A program made the translations under genes and the position numbers. From the NCBI GenBank assembly GCA_965205265.1, contig CBDBGH010000003.1, positions 1,216,001-1,280,000 on the forward strand: a DNA stretch of 64,000 nucleotides, written 5' to 3'. Source of the DNA: Alphaproteobacteria bacterium (GTDB lineage Bacteria; Pseudomonadota; Alphaproteobacteria; Bin95). Below are positions 33,180 to 43,056 of the stretch, in pieces. The notes beneath the pieces were generated by a model. That model searched no databases. It saw nothing but the letters and a program-made list of their open reading frames with translations, and was not told the origin of the DNA. How positions within the stretch are numbered: the first letter of the stretch is position 1; each line of letters begins with the position of its first letter.

Positions 33180-34358
33180 ATGATCGCACCGAAACCGCGC
33201 CCGGATGAGCCGCCCTGCCTCGCCGGGGCGCGCGCGCTCGGGCCGACGATCCGGGCGCATGCCGAGGCCATCGAGCGCGACCGGCGCCTGCCCGAGGCGC
33301 TCATGGACCGCCTGCACGAGGCCCGGCTCGCCCGGATGCTCCTGCCGCGCTCGGTCGGAGGCGACGAGACCGCGCCGGGCGTCTATCTCGACACGCTGAT
33401 CGAGCTTGCGCGCCATGACGGCTCGGTCGGCTGGAACATTTTCGTGGCCAACAGCGCCGCGCTGCTCGCCGCGTTTCTTCCCCTCGACGCCGCGCGCGAA
33501 ATCTATGCCCGTCCCGATGCCCTGATGGCTTGGGGACCGCCCAATTCCCACCGGGCCCGCGCCGTGAAGGGCGGCTACCGGGTCGGCGGCGAGTGGGGCT
33601 TCGCCTCGGGATGCCGCCACGCCACATGGATGGGCGCGCATTGCCAGGTGCTGGAGCCGGACGGCTCGCTGCGCCTGAACGGCGCGGGCCGGCCCGCCAT
33701 TCGCAGCCTGCTGTTCCCCGCCGGCGAGGCGCAGCTGCTCGACGACTGGAACCCGATCGGGCTGCGCGGAACCGGGTCGGAAAGCTACCGCGTCGAGGAC
33801 GCGTTCGTGCCCGAGCGGTTCAGCGCCACGCGCGAGGAGCCGGACAGGCGCCGGGAGCCCGGCCCCCTCTACGCCTTCACCCAGCAAAGCCTCTATGCGC
33901 TCGGCGTGGCCGGAGTGGCGCTCGGCCTCGCCGATGCGATGCTCGATGCGTTCATGGAACTCGCCCGCGGGAAGACGCCGCGCGGCCTCATCCGCCATGT
34001 CGAGAGCCCCGGCGTCCAGGCGGAGGTCTCGCGCAGCTTCGCGCGCCTCGGGTCGGCCCGGGCGTGGCTGGTGGAGACCGTCGATGCCGTCCATGACGGG
34101 GCGCGGGACATCGCCTGTATCGACGTGCCGACCCGCGCCCGCGTCCGGCTCGCCTGCAGCCATGCCATCCAGGGCGCGGTGGAGACGGCCGCCGCCCTCT
34201 ACCGGCTCGCCGGCGTCGATGCCATCTTCCCCGGCAGCGCGTTCGAGCGGCGGTTTCGCGACATCCACACCCTGTCCCAGCAGATCCAGGCCCGCCCGCA
34301 GCATTTCGAGGCCACCGGCCACGTCCTTCTCGGCGGCACGCCGGAGGTGTTTTACTAG
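33180..34358 (+). CDS. Flavin-dependent hydroxylase, acyl-CoA dehydrogenase fold (HsaA-like)
   Basis: IERDRRLP, WGFASGC, WNPIGLRGTGS, ERRFRDIH. Confidence 0.88.
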   Translation: MIAPKPRPDEPPCLAGARALGPTIRAHAEAIERDRRLPEALMDRLHEARLARMLLPRSVGGDETAPGVYLDTLIELARHDGSVGWNIFVANSAALLAAFLPLDAAREIYARPDALMAWGPPNSHRARAVKGGYRVGGEWGFASGCRHATWMGAHCQVLEPDGSLRLNGAGRPAIRSLLFPAGEAQLLDDWNPIGLRGTGSESYRVEDAFVPERFSATREEPDRRREPGPLYAFTQQSLYALGVAGVALGLADAMLDAFMELARGKTPRGLIRHVESPGVQAEVSRSFARLGSARAWLVETVDAVHDGARDIACIDVPTRARVRLACSHAIQGAVETAAALYRLAGVDAIFPGSAFERRFRDIHTLSQQIQARPQHFEATGHVLLGGTPEVFY

Positions 34359-34578
34359 GGCGGTATCCAACCGGTTTGAACCGGGGGTGCTTCGATCCGG
34401 GGGTTCATCCTTCGATACGCCTCCCTCCGGTCGGCTACTCAGGATAAGGGGAGGGGCGCGCACGAACGACGGGCCTTCATCTCCCCCTCATCCTGAGTAG
34501 CGCCGGCCTTCGCCTCGCGAAGGGCGGTGCGTATCGAAGGACGGCCGGACTTCCGTTTCAGCCTTAACGGCTTTCGCC

Positions 34579-35874
34579 CTAATGCATCCAGGCGGCCACG
34601 GCGCCCGGCTTGAGCGCGGCGCGCTCGGCCAGCAGCGCCCGGCGTTCGCGGTCGCGGCCGGCCTGTTTCGCGGCGGCGATCAGGAGCTGGAAGAACACGT
34701 CGCGCTGGGCGTGGCTGCCGCCGAGGCGGTACAGCTCGTAGCGGACCGGCTCCAGCAGATCGAAGCAGCGCTCCGGCTCGCCGGCGCCGAAGGCCGCGAT
34801 GGCTTCGCAGAGCGGCAGCCCGACATCGTCATAGACGGCGTCGGCCGTCGCCCCGCCGCTGCGGGCGGACATGGCGTCCAGATGGCCCTGCACGCTTTCC
34901 TTGTCGCCCGCCATGGCGAGCGCCGCCATGTAATGCGCGTCGAAGAAGGGGAAGATGCCGTCCGCGAAGCGCCCGGCGGCGTGCGCCGCCAGTTCCTCCC
35001 AGCGCCCGCCCGCATCCACGCCCCGGAAATGCAGGCGGAGCAGCATGGAGGCCGCATTCGCGATATCGAGCACGTCGTCGCTCGCGGTGTCGGCCCTGAA
35101 ACGGTTGTCGTAGAGGTCGAGCGCCGCATCGGCCTCGTCCAGCGCCAGATGGAACAGCGCCTGGTGCCACCACAGATGGTGGCGGAAATTGTGGACCTTG
35201 TGTTCCCAGTGCGCCTCGTTCTCGCGGACCCAGGCGATGCCCTCCTGCGGACGGCCCTGCATCTCCATGACATGGGCGACGGAGTGGACCGACCAGGCAT
35301 CCGAGGGGTCTATGGCTACCGCCCGGCGGCCGAACTCCTCGGCCCGGGCGTAGTCGCCCATCTCCTCCAGCCCGAAGGCGCGCATGCCGAGCACATAGCC
35401 GTAGCCGGGCACACTCTCGTCCCAGGCCGGCAGCACGCGCGCGGTGCTGTCCCGGTGCTGGGCGAGCGCGCCGTGATAGAAATGCAGGTAGTGCGCGAGG
35501 CGGATGGCGAGAATGTCGCGCGGGTGGTCCAGCAGGATGTCCTCGAAGCGGCGCGCGGCGCCCGCCGTGTCGCCGGCGGCCCAGCGCGAGAGGGCGTCGG
35601 CATGGGCGCCTTCCCGCGCCGTTCCGGGAAGTCCGGCCGCCTGCTCGCCGGATTTCGCCGCCCGCGGGCGGAGCGCGCCCACGCCCATCAGCAGGAAGAA
35701 ATAGCCCCTCAGCGCATGGGCCATCGGCATGTCCGCATCGGCCTCGAACGCGGCCTTGAGCAGCGGCCCGGCCTCGCGCCCGAAAGCCAGGAAGTCGTCC
35801 AGCGCCGCATCCAGCGCACACGCCGCCCCGTCGCTGGCTGCGGTCAGTTCCAGACCGCGCTTGTCCTGAACCAA
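34579..35874 (-). CDS. TPR protein, TTC38-like
   Basis: GMRAFGLEE, DAWSVHSVAHVMEM, HHLWWH, GGSHAQRD; TTG start after GGAGG. Confidence 0.85.
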   Translation of the reverse strand: MVQDKRGLELTAASDGAACALDAALDDFLAFGREAGPLLKAAFEADADMPMAHALRGYFFLLMGVGALRPRAAKSGEQAAGLPGTAREGAHADALSRWAAGDTAGAARRFEDILLDHPRDILAIRLAHYLHFYHGALAQHRDSTARVLPAWDESVPGYGYVLGMRAFGLEEMGDYARAEEFGRRAVAIDPSDAWSVHSVAHVMEMQGRPQEGIAWVRENEAHWEHKVHNFRHHLWWHQALFHLALDEADAALDLYDNRFRADTASDDVLDIANAASMLLRLHFRGVDAGGRWEELAAHAAGRFADGIFPFFDAHYMAALAMAGDKESVQGHLDAMSARSGGATADAVYDDVGLPLCEAIAAFGAGEPERCFDLLEPVRYELYRLGGSHAQRDVFFQLLIAAAKQAGRDRERRALLAERAALKPGAVAAWMH

Positions 35875-36012
35875 AGTCAGCCTCCCGAAAATCCCTGGCA
35901 GCCGCCCGTCCGTCCGATTGCAGAACAGCGTAGAACGGATTTGAAGGACGCGCCAAGATGGGAACGGGCGGCGGCGGCGGAACGGCTGCGGGACTATCGG
36001 GGAGAGCGCGGG

Positions 36013-36915
36013 ATGGAGAAAGCCTGGGAGATACCGGAACCGGCGGATGCGCTGGAGGTCCGGGGCGCCGATGGCAGCGTCATCCATGTCCGCCGGCACG
36101 GCGTCCCGCACGGGCCGCGCCTGCTTGTGACCCACGGGAACGGCATGGCCGCGGACGCCTATTTCCCGTTCTGGGGCGGGCTGGCGGACCGGTTCGACAT
36201 CTTCGTCCACGACCTCCGCAACCACGGCTGGAACCCGGTCGGGAGCCTGGAGGACCACCGGATCGCCAACCTGGTCGATGACGGCGGCCGGGTGGTGGAG
36301 GCAATCGAACGGGCGTTTTCCGAGAGGCCGCTCATCGGCGTGTTCCATTCCCTTTCGGGACTGCTCGGCCTCCGGCAGGCCATCGCGGGAGTCGTCCGGT
36401 TCCGGGCCATCGTGGTGTTCGACCTGCCCGTCGTGCCGCCCGGCCAGACCCGCGGCGATATCGAAAGGGTCGGGCGGCACCTGGGGCGGATGGCGCGCAA
36501 GCGGCGCAACAGCTACCCGACATATGGGAGCTTCGCGCGGCGGCTGGCCCGCATGCCGGTGTTCAACCGGCTGCAGGCGCGGGATGTCGATCTGATCGCG
36601 CGGACGACGCTCCGGGCGCAGGCGGACGGCGGATTCGAGCTCAGATGCCCGCCGGAATACGAGGCGCAGATGTTCGAGGAATATTATTCCTGGTCGAGCA
36701 GGACAGAGGCCAGGCACGCGCCCTGCCCGGTGAAGGCGATCTCCGCGGACCCGACGGTTTCCGGCACCTATCTTCCCGGAGAGGGGATGGAGGATCTGGT
36801 CCATGTGGACTACGACTTCGTCCCGGAAACCTCGCACCTGCACCAGATAGAAGCGCCCAACCGGTGCCGCCGGGCGATGCTGGAGTTCCTCGAAGAGATC
36901 GGCTTTCAGGGATGA
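36013..36915 (+). CDS. Alpha/beta hydrolase
   Basis: HGNG oxyanion segment, DLRNHG, GVFHSLS nucleophile elbow. Confidence 0.8.
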   Translation: MEKAWEIPEPADALEVRGADGSVIHVRRHGVPHGPRLLVTHGNGMAADAYFPFWGGLADRFDIFVHDLRNHGWNPVGSLEDHRIANLVDDGGRVVEAIERAFSERPLIGVFHSLSGLLGLRQAIAGVVRFRAIVVFDLPVVPPGQTRGDIERVGRHLGRMARKRRNSYPTYGSFARRLARMPVFNRLQARDVDLIARTTLRAQADGGFELRCPPEYEAQMFEEYYSWSSRTEARHAPCPVKAISADPTVSGTYLPGEGMEDLVHVDYDFVPETSHLHQIEAPNRCRRAMLEFLEEIGFQG

Positions 36916-37079
36916 ATACCAGCGGTCGTTGACGGAACGGCCGCCGGGAAGCTCCTCCCCCGCTTGCGGGGGAGGCCTGGCAAAGTCCCGTCGCCCCGGA
37001 TTGCGGTCCTACCGCATGCACAGATCTGCGTCTGCCCGCTTCGCCTTGCATGTTCGCTACCGTCACCCGGCGCCCGATG

Positions 37080-37228
37080 CGTCGCCCCCGCGAAGGCGGG
37101 GGCCCATCTCCGGGCCTCTCGACCGGCCCCGGCGGCGCAAACGGAGCGTTGCTGCAGGCATCCGTGCAACGGCTGGCTGTGCGCGCCTCTCCGTTCAGGG
37201 ATGGGCCCCCGCCTTCGCGGGGGCGACG
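37080..37228. repeat. Paired REP palindromes
   Basis: CGTCGCCCCCGCGAAGGCGGGGGCCCATC and its inverse at 37200-37228. Confidence 0.78.
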
Positions 37229-37371
37229 AAGGGGGCAGAGCGAGGTGCAGCCGAGCCGGCGGGCGCGCCGGATGCCACCGGAAACCGATGCGTGAAGCCG
37301 GTAGCCGCCCAGCGGGAGGGGAGCAATACAAGCTGCCGCCGAACATGAGTACCGCTTGGCGCACATTGGTA

Positions 37372-39414
37372 TCAGGCGGAACGAATCGTGCTCCGGGAAT
37401 CGGCGGACCGGGCGAATTCATGGCCGGAGTAGCAGGCCGCCGCGATGAGGCCCGGCGCGAGGCAATCGCCGATCCGCGTCACCGACCGGACGCCGGCGTC
37501 CTCCCACCCGTCCCGGCGGGCGGCCAGGTCCTGCCACAGCCCCTCGTTCGGCAGGCGCGAGGTGACGGCGACCAGCGTCCCGCACCCGATCTCCTGCGTC
37601 CTGCCGGAATACACGCATGCGGCCCGGAGCCGGTCTTCCGCGAGCCCGGCAAGCCCGTGCAGCGGCACGATCCCGACGCCGAGTTCGATCAGCCGCTTCT
37701 GGATGCGCTCCTGTTCCAGCGTGTTCTCCGACCAGGGGGCGGCGACGGGAGCCGGAGTCACGAAGACCGTTTCGTGCCCGGCGCCCGCCACGAGTTCGGC
37801 GAGAACGCTCGCCATGTAGAACCTGTCGTCGTCGAAGATGACAACCGGACCCGGTGCCGTGACCGCGCCAACGCCAAGCGTCATCAGGTCGTCCGGGGTC
37901 AGCACCGGCCTGCCGGCGAGGAAGGGCAGGGGCGTCCTGTGTTCCCGGCCGGCCCCGTCGGCGCGCCATGCCGCTCCGGTCGCCAGAACGACATGGGGAA
38001 TCCCGTAGTCGAGGATGTCCGCGGCCGTGAGCCGGCTCTCCGGATACATCCGGACGTTCGGGGATTGCCGTAGCTGCCCGAGCCGCCAGTCGCGCACGCG
38101 GGCCCAGGCGGCGAGGCCGGGAAGGCGGCTTTCCCGCGCGACCCGTCCGCCCCATTCGGACCCCGCCTCGGCCAGCACGACTTCCGCGCCGCGCTCTGCC
38201 AATGCCCGCGCCGCCTCCAGCCCCGCCGGCCCGCCGCCAACGACAAGATACGGGCCCTTGTCCTCGAGCGGCGGGATGGTCTCGGGATGCCAGCCGCGCC
38301 GCCATTCCTCGCCCATCGTGGGGTTTTGCGTGCAGCGTATCGGAACGCGCGTCCGGTCTCCGGCAACGCAGATATTGCAGCCGATGCACTCCCGGATGTC
38401 GTCGATGCGCCCGTCGCGGATCTTGTTGGGGAGGAACGGGTCGGAAATCGAGGGCCGCGCGGCGCCGACAAGGTCCAGAATGCCGTTCCCGACGATGCGC
38501 GCCATGGTGTCGGGCGAGGTATAGCGGCCCACGCCGACCACGGGCTTGTTCGTCATGGATTTCACGAAACCGATGTAGGGCTCCTGGAATCCCTCCTCGG
38601 AGAAGCGCGATGTCTGGCTGTCATTGGACCAGTCGGAGAGGTTGACGTCCCAGAGGTCCGGTTCGTCGGCGAGCGCCGCCAGAATGTCCCGGCCCTCGCC
38701 GTCATGCGCGATCCCGTCTTCGCCGAGAAGCTCATCGACGGCCAGCCGCACCGCGATCCCGCATTTGTCGCCGACGGCTTCCTTCGTGTCGGCGAGCACT
38801 TCCCGGAAGAGCCGCAAGCGGTTCTCGAACGAGCCTCCATATTCGTCCGCGCGATGGTTGTAGCGCTTCAGCAGGAAGTGCTGGAGCAGCGTCAGGTCGT
38901 GGCCGGCATAGACATAGACGATGTCGAAGCCGATCTCCCTTGCCAGCAGCGCCGCCTCGCGGTGCCAGCGGCGGAAGTCCGCAATGTCCGCTTTGTCCAT
39001 GCCGCGCGCCTGCACCGGGTCGTCGCTGTCCACGACGACGGGAGACGGCGCGAGCGGCGGCACGCGGCTGTAGCGGTTGTTGGCGTGCAGCCCGTTATGC
39101 ACGAGCTCGACCGCGGCGAGGCTGCCATGCGCGTGAATGGCGTCCACGGTCAGCCGCAGCGCCGACACCCCGGCCTCGTCCCACAGCCGCGCCTGGTTGG
39201 AGGGCGAGACATCGGAGGTCGCGTGGATTTCCGTCTCCTGGGTGGAGACGACGCCCCAGCCGCCCTCGGCCTTGACGCCGCGAAGCGCGGCTTCCGCCTC
39301 CGGGTAGCGGTGCCCCATGCCGGTGCAATGCGGCACCTGGTAGAAGCGGTTCGGCGCGGTCACCGGCCCGATGCGGACAGGCTCGAACAGGATGTCGTAT
39401 CGCGGGTCCCGCAT
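37372..39414 (-). CDS. Trimethylamine/dimethylamine/histamine dehydrogenase-family flavoprotein
   Basis: DPRYDILFEP...NRFYQVPHC, VYAGH, RECIGCNIC 4Fe-4S motif, CTQNPTMGEEWRRGWHPE. Confidence 0.88.
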   Translation of the reverse strand: MRDPRYDILFEPVRIGPVTAPNRFYQVPHCTGMGHRYPEAEAALRGVKAEGGWGVVSTQETEIHATSDVSPSNQARLWDEAGVSALRLTVDAIHAHGSLAAVELVHNGLHANNRYSRVPPLAPSPVVVDSDDPVQARGMDKADIADFRRWHREAALLAREIGFDIVYVYAGHDLTLLQHFLLKRYNHRADEYGGSFENRLRLFREVLADTKEAVGDKCGIAVRLAVDELLGEDGIAHDGEGRDILAALADEPDLWDVNLSDWSNDSQTSRFSEEGFQEPYIGFVKSMTNKPVVGVGRYTSPDTMARIVGNGILDLVGAARPSISDPFLPNKIRDGRIDDIRECIGCNICVAGDRTRVPIRCTQNPTMGEEWRRGWHPETIPPLEDKGPYLVVGGGPAGLEAARALAERGAEVVLAEAGSEWGGRVARESRLPGLAAWARVRDWRLGQLRQSPNVRMYPESRLTAADILDYGIPHVVLATGAAWRADGAGREHRTPLPFLAGRPVLTPDDLMTLGVGAVTAPGPVVIFDDDRFYMASVLAELVAGAGHETVFVTPAPVAAPWSENTLEQERIQKRLIELGVGIVPLHGLAGLAEDRLRAACVYSGRTQEIGCGTLVAVTSRLPNEGLWQDLAARRDGWEDAGVRSVTRIGDCLAPGLIAAACYSGHEFARSADSRSTIRSA

Positions 39415-39540
39415 GGGCGATGCCTTTCCCGAAAGCAGAGCCGTTCGGAGTTTAGTGGCATATCCAACCCTGTCATGTCAGGAGAAGGCGATGCGGACAG
39501 GGCTCGAACAGGCGGAAGCGATGTCAGCAGGGAGGGCGGA

Positions 39541-40029
39541 ATGACACGGGAGGTCGTCTGGAATCCCGATATGATGATGATCCGGGCAAGCGAACTGGGA
39601 CGGCTTGTGGAATATCTCGAGGCTGAAAAGAGGGACGGTTCGCGGTTCGGAGGAACATTTGTAGCGGTCCCGATCCTACTGTCCCTTGCCACCGAGATCG
39701 GTTTGAAGGCATGGCAATGTCGAGAACGCAATGGGCCGCCTGACAAAACTCACGATCTTCTGGAGCTGTTCGATGGCTTGGGAGAGAACGCGCGGAGACG
39801 ACTTGAACAAAGGATGCCTGAAATTCCAGACCCGGTTCCAGGATTGCCACCGTACTATCCGGGCATAAAAGACGCGTTGCGCCAAAACAAGAATATGTTC
39901 GTGGAGTGGAGATACGCGCATGAACATCATTCTCTGTTTGCCGAAACGGGTGTCCTGAAGACGGCGCTCAAGGCAATAGTTGAGGCATATTTCGTCGAGA
40001 TTCCTCCGGCGCAACGCCTAAAAGGCTAG
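39541..40029 (+). CDS. HEPN-like domain protein
   Basis: LATEIGLKAW, KTHDLLELF, FVEWRY; RBS GGAGG; lower GC. Confidence 0.65.
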   Translation: MTREVVWNPDMMMIRASELGRLVEYLEAEKRDGSRFGGTFVAVPILLSLATEIGLKAWQCRERNGPPDKTHDLLELFDGLGENARRRLEQRMPEIPDPVPGLPPYYPGIKDALRQNKNMFVEWRYAHEHHSLFAETGVLKTALKAIVEAYFVEIPPAQRLKG

Positions 40030-40144
40030 ATTTTTCCGGCCATCGTCTGTGCAACCACGACTCCGATTCTCTCAATATCGTCCTGTCTGTGTCATTTGGA
40101 GCACGATCCGTTAGGGTTGAGACAGCTTCATCGGTAGAACCCCT

Positions 40145-40420
40145 GTCGTCGCCCCGGCCCCCGAGCCGGGGCCTCGCGTCGCAGGAGCTACGTTGCATGG
40201 AGGCCCGGGCTCGGGGGCCTACTGGATTCACACATTTCCGTTTAGTGGTGTGGCATTGCACTACACCAACCGCCTGCCCTCGCGAAAGCGGGGTCGCCCC
40301 GGCCTCCGAGCCGGGGCCCAGCCTCGGTTCTCGCGGCAGCCTCGGCAGTCCGACCAGCTTTCCACCGGCTGCGGCGGCATCGGAAGTCAGGGATGGGTCC
40401 CCGCCTTCGCGGGGACGACG
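40145..40420. repeat. REP cluster
   Basis: Several CCCCGGCCxCCGAGCCGGGG and CCCCGCCTTCGCGGGGACGAC units. Confidence 0.7.
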
Positions 40421-40615
40421 AAAAGGGGGCAAAGGCCCGCGCAACCCGGCTATCGGGCGCATTGGATGCACGTCCATGCGAGATGTGTGCATGCGGTAGG
40501 CTCGGGGGCCGGGGCGATGCTCATGGGAATCCGTTTCAATCCGAATGGATCGTGCTCTAGCTCCTGGCTGCGTTTGTCCCGGACCTTTATCGGCCTTTCC
40601 GGAACGCGATTGCGG

Positions 40616-40738
40616 TCAATGCGCCGACCCGGCCTTCTTTCCGCGCGACGATTTGCCGGGGCTCCCTGTCGCGTCCAGAACGACGACCGCCAGTCCCCCG
40701 AGAAACACCAGCAGCGCGACGACAACCAGCCACTCCAT
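40616..40738 (-). CDS. 40-aa single-pass small membrane protein
   Basis: MEWLVVVALLVFLGGLAVVVLDATGSPGKSSRGKKAGSAH; RBS GGAGG; below the ORF-track size cut-off. Confidence 0.6.
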   Translation of the reverse strand: MEWLVVVALLVFLGGLAVVVLDATGSPGKSSRGKKAGSAH

Positions 40739-40781
40739 CACAGGTCCTCCAGTTCGGCAGCTTTCTCTCGCGGTTCCATTA

Positions 40782-41849
40782 TCAGCCGCGGCGGTGCATC
40801 GCGAAGTGCGGTGCGATTTCTTCCGTGAAGCGCGTCATCTGGTCCTTGACCTCTTCATGCGGCTTCAGGCCGTAGTTGAAGTAGAGTACGACCTCGTCGA
40901 TGCCCGCCGCCTCCACCAGCTTCAGGTCCTCGACGATCTGCCCGGGCGGGCCGATCAGCACGGAGCGGTTGGTGAGCTTGTCGGGCGACATCTCGCGCAA
41001 GAGGCGACAGATCTCGACGAAATAGCGGTAGCTCGGCGGCGCGGTCGCCGGGTCGCCGGGGAAGGCCGCCACCAGCGCGTCCTGGAAGTAGCGCACCAGC
41101 GCCTCCCGGCCGCGCAGGTCCTCCGCCGGCGTGTCGGCGATATGGATGAAATAGGAGCAGACCGCCCGGCGCGGCGGCCGCGCATGTTCGTCCTCGCAGG
41201 TCCGCCGGTAGATTTCGACGGCCTCGGCCAGCGAGCCGTAAACCATGGCGGCGGCGAAGGGCGCATAGACGACATGCCAGTCGCGCCGGGCCGCCAGCTC
41301 CATGCTCGGGCGGGAGAAGCAGGCGACATGGGGCCTCAGCGGCCGCTGCGCCGGCTTCGGGCGCACATCCACATTCTCGAAGCGCCAGAAGCGCCCCTCA
41401 TGGGAGAACGGGCCGGTCTCCGTCCAGGCGCGCCAGACGATGTCCAGCCCTTCCGCGAAGGCCTCGGCCGAGTCCTCGAACGGCGCGCCGAAGGGGCCGT
41501 ATTCCAGCCGGTCGTAGCCGCGCCCGGCGGCGAAATCCACCCGCCCGCCGGAGAGCAGGTCGAGCGTCGCCCAGTCCTCCGCCACCTGCAGCGGATGGTG
41601 GACCGGCAGCAACACCACCGCCGGCGCCAGCCTTATGCGCGAGGTGGCGCCGGCAAGCTGCGCCAGCAGCATGTGCGGCGAGGCGTTGACGCCCAAGAGG
41701 TTGAAATGGTGCTCGCCGATCCAAGCGGAATCGAGGCCGACGGCCTCGGCGTGGAGCGCCTGCTGGTAAATTTCGCGGACCAGCGTTTCGGCCGAGCGCG
41801 TATTGCCGGGATAGCGGTTGTCGGAAAGGGTGAAGTAGCCGAACTTCAC
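40782..41849 (-). CDS. LLM-class luciferase-like monooxygenase
   Basis: AWIGEHHF, HPLQVAEDWATLDLLSGGRVDFAAGRGY. Confidence 0.9.
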   Translation of the reverse strand: MKFGYFTLSDNRYPGNTRSAETLVREIYQQALHAEAVGLDSAWIGEHHFNLLGVNASPHMLLAQLAGATSRIRLAPAVVLLPVHHPLQVAEDWATLDLLSGGRVDFAAGRGYDRLEYGPFGAPFEDSAEAFAEGLDIVWRAWTETGPFSHEGRFWRFENVDVRPKPAQRPLRPHVACFSRPSMELAARRDWHVVYAPFAAAMVYGSLAEAVEIYRRTCEDEHARPPRRAVCSYFIHIADTPAEDLRGREALVRYFQDALVAAFPGDPATAPPSYRYFVEICRLLREMSPDKLTNRSVLIGPPGQIVEDLKLVEAAGIDEVVLYFNYGLKPHEEVKDQMTRFTEEIAPHFAMHRRG

Positions 41850-41861
41850 GGGGGGAAGCCG

Positions 41862-42758
41862 CTAACCGCCGGTGCGGGCCCGGATGAAGGCCGCCGCCTC
41901 GTCGATGCCCTCGCCCGCGCGGTCGAGCAGGCGGTCGAACCAGTGCCAGACATGGATCATCTCGTCCGCCACGGTGAGCTGCACCTCGACGCCCGCCCGC
42001 CGGGCCGCTGCGGCCAGCGACACCGAATCGTCCAGCAGCACTTCCTCGCTGCCGACCTGGACCAGCAGCGGCGGCAGGCCCTCAAGATCGGCGTAGAGCG
42101 GCGACGCCCAAGGATGGCGGCGGTCCGTGTCGTCGCCGAGATAGACGCCCGTCCAGCGCTCGATCTGGTCCTTCTTCACCATCGGGTCCGAGTCGGCCTT
42201 GGTCGCGTAGGAGCCGGCTTCCAGCGTCATGTCGGTCCAGGGAGAGATGCAGAGCCCGCCGGCCGGCATGGGCAGCCCGTCGTCGCGCGCCTTTATGAGC
42301 GCGGCGACCGTCAGGCCGCCGCCCGCCGAGTCGCCGCCGATGACGGCGCGGGCCGGGTCGATGCCGCTCTCCAGCAGGCCCTGCCACGCGGCCGCGCCGT
42401 CCTCGACGGCGGCGGGAAAGGGATGCTCGGGCGCGAGGCGATAGTTCGCCGAAAAGGCATGCACGCCGGCGCCGGCCGCCAGCGCCGCGACCATGTGCCG
42501 GTGCGAGCGCGTGGAGCCCAGCACATAGCCGCCGCCGTGGAAGTAGAGCAGCGCCCGGGCCGGGTCCGCGCCCTCGGGCCGCAGCCATTCGCCCGGAACG
42601 CCGCCGAGGGAGCCGGGCTCGCGGGAAATGCCGTCCGGCAGCGGGAATATCTCGACCGCGCGGTCGTATTCCTCCCGGAGGTCGGCGATGGCGGCGGTCG
42701 CGCCGTCCGGCCGTTCGGCAAGCTTCACCCGCAAGGCGGAGATCGAACGGTCTTTCAT
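41862..42758 (-). CDS. HSL-family esterase
   Basis: HGGG, GDSAGG, EVLLDD, MIHVW. Confidence 0.9.
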   Translation of the reverse strand: MKDRSISALRVKLAERPDGATAAIADLREEYDRAVEIFPLPDGISREPGSLGGVPGEWLRPEGADPARALLYFHGGGYVLGSTRSHRHMVAALAAGAGVHAFSANYRLAPEHPFPAAVEDGAAAWQGLLESGIDPARAVIGGDSAGGGLTVAALIKARDDGLPMPAGGLCISPWTDMTLEAGSYATKADSDPMVKKDQIERWTGVYLGDDTDRRHPWASPLYADLEGLPPLLVQVGSEEVLLDDSVSLAAAARRAGVEVQLTVADEMIHVWHWFDRLLDRAGEGIDEAAAFIRARTGG

Positions 42759-42780
42759 GGGATGGCTCCCTTCCGGCCTT

Positions 42781-43038
42781 TCAGCCGCCTTCCAGCTTCG
42801 GGATGAAGAACACCTCGCCGCCCGGCGGCACGGGCTGGAAATAGGCGGTCTCGTGCATCATGCCGTCTATGGCGACGGTGGTCTCTTCCACCAGGCGTTC
42901 GCCGAGGCCCGGAAAGCGCTCGTTCATCGCGCGGATGACATCGCGCAGGAGGCGGGCCTCGACCTCGAATTCGCGCACGCCCCCGGTGAAGGCGCGCGCG
43001 AACCCTTCGGTGAACCGCACCTGGACGGTCGGACCCAT
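42781..43038 (-). CDS. MoaD/ThiS-family sulfur carrier
   Basis: 85 aa; VAIDG...FFIPKLEGG with C-terminal GG. Confidence 0.82.
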   Translation of the reverse strand: MGPTVQVRFTEGFARAFTGGVREFEVEARLLRDVIRAMNERFPGLGERLVEETTVAIDGMMHETAYFQPVPPGGEVFFIPKLEGG

Positions 43039-43056
43039 GAAGCCCCCGCCCCGTCC

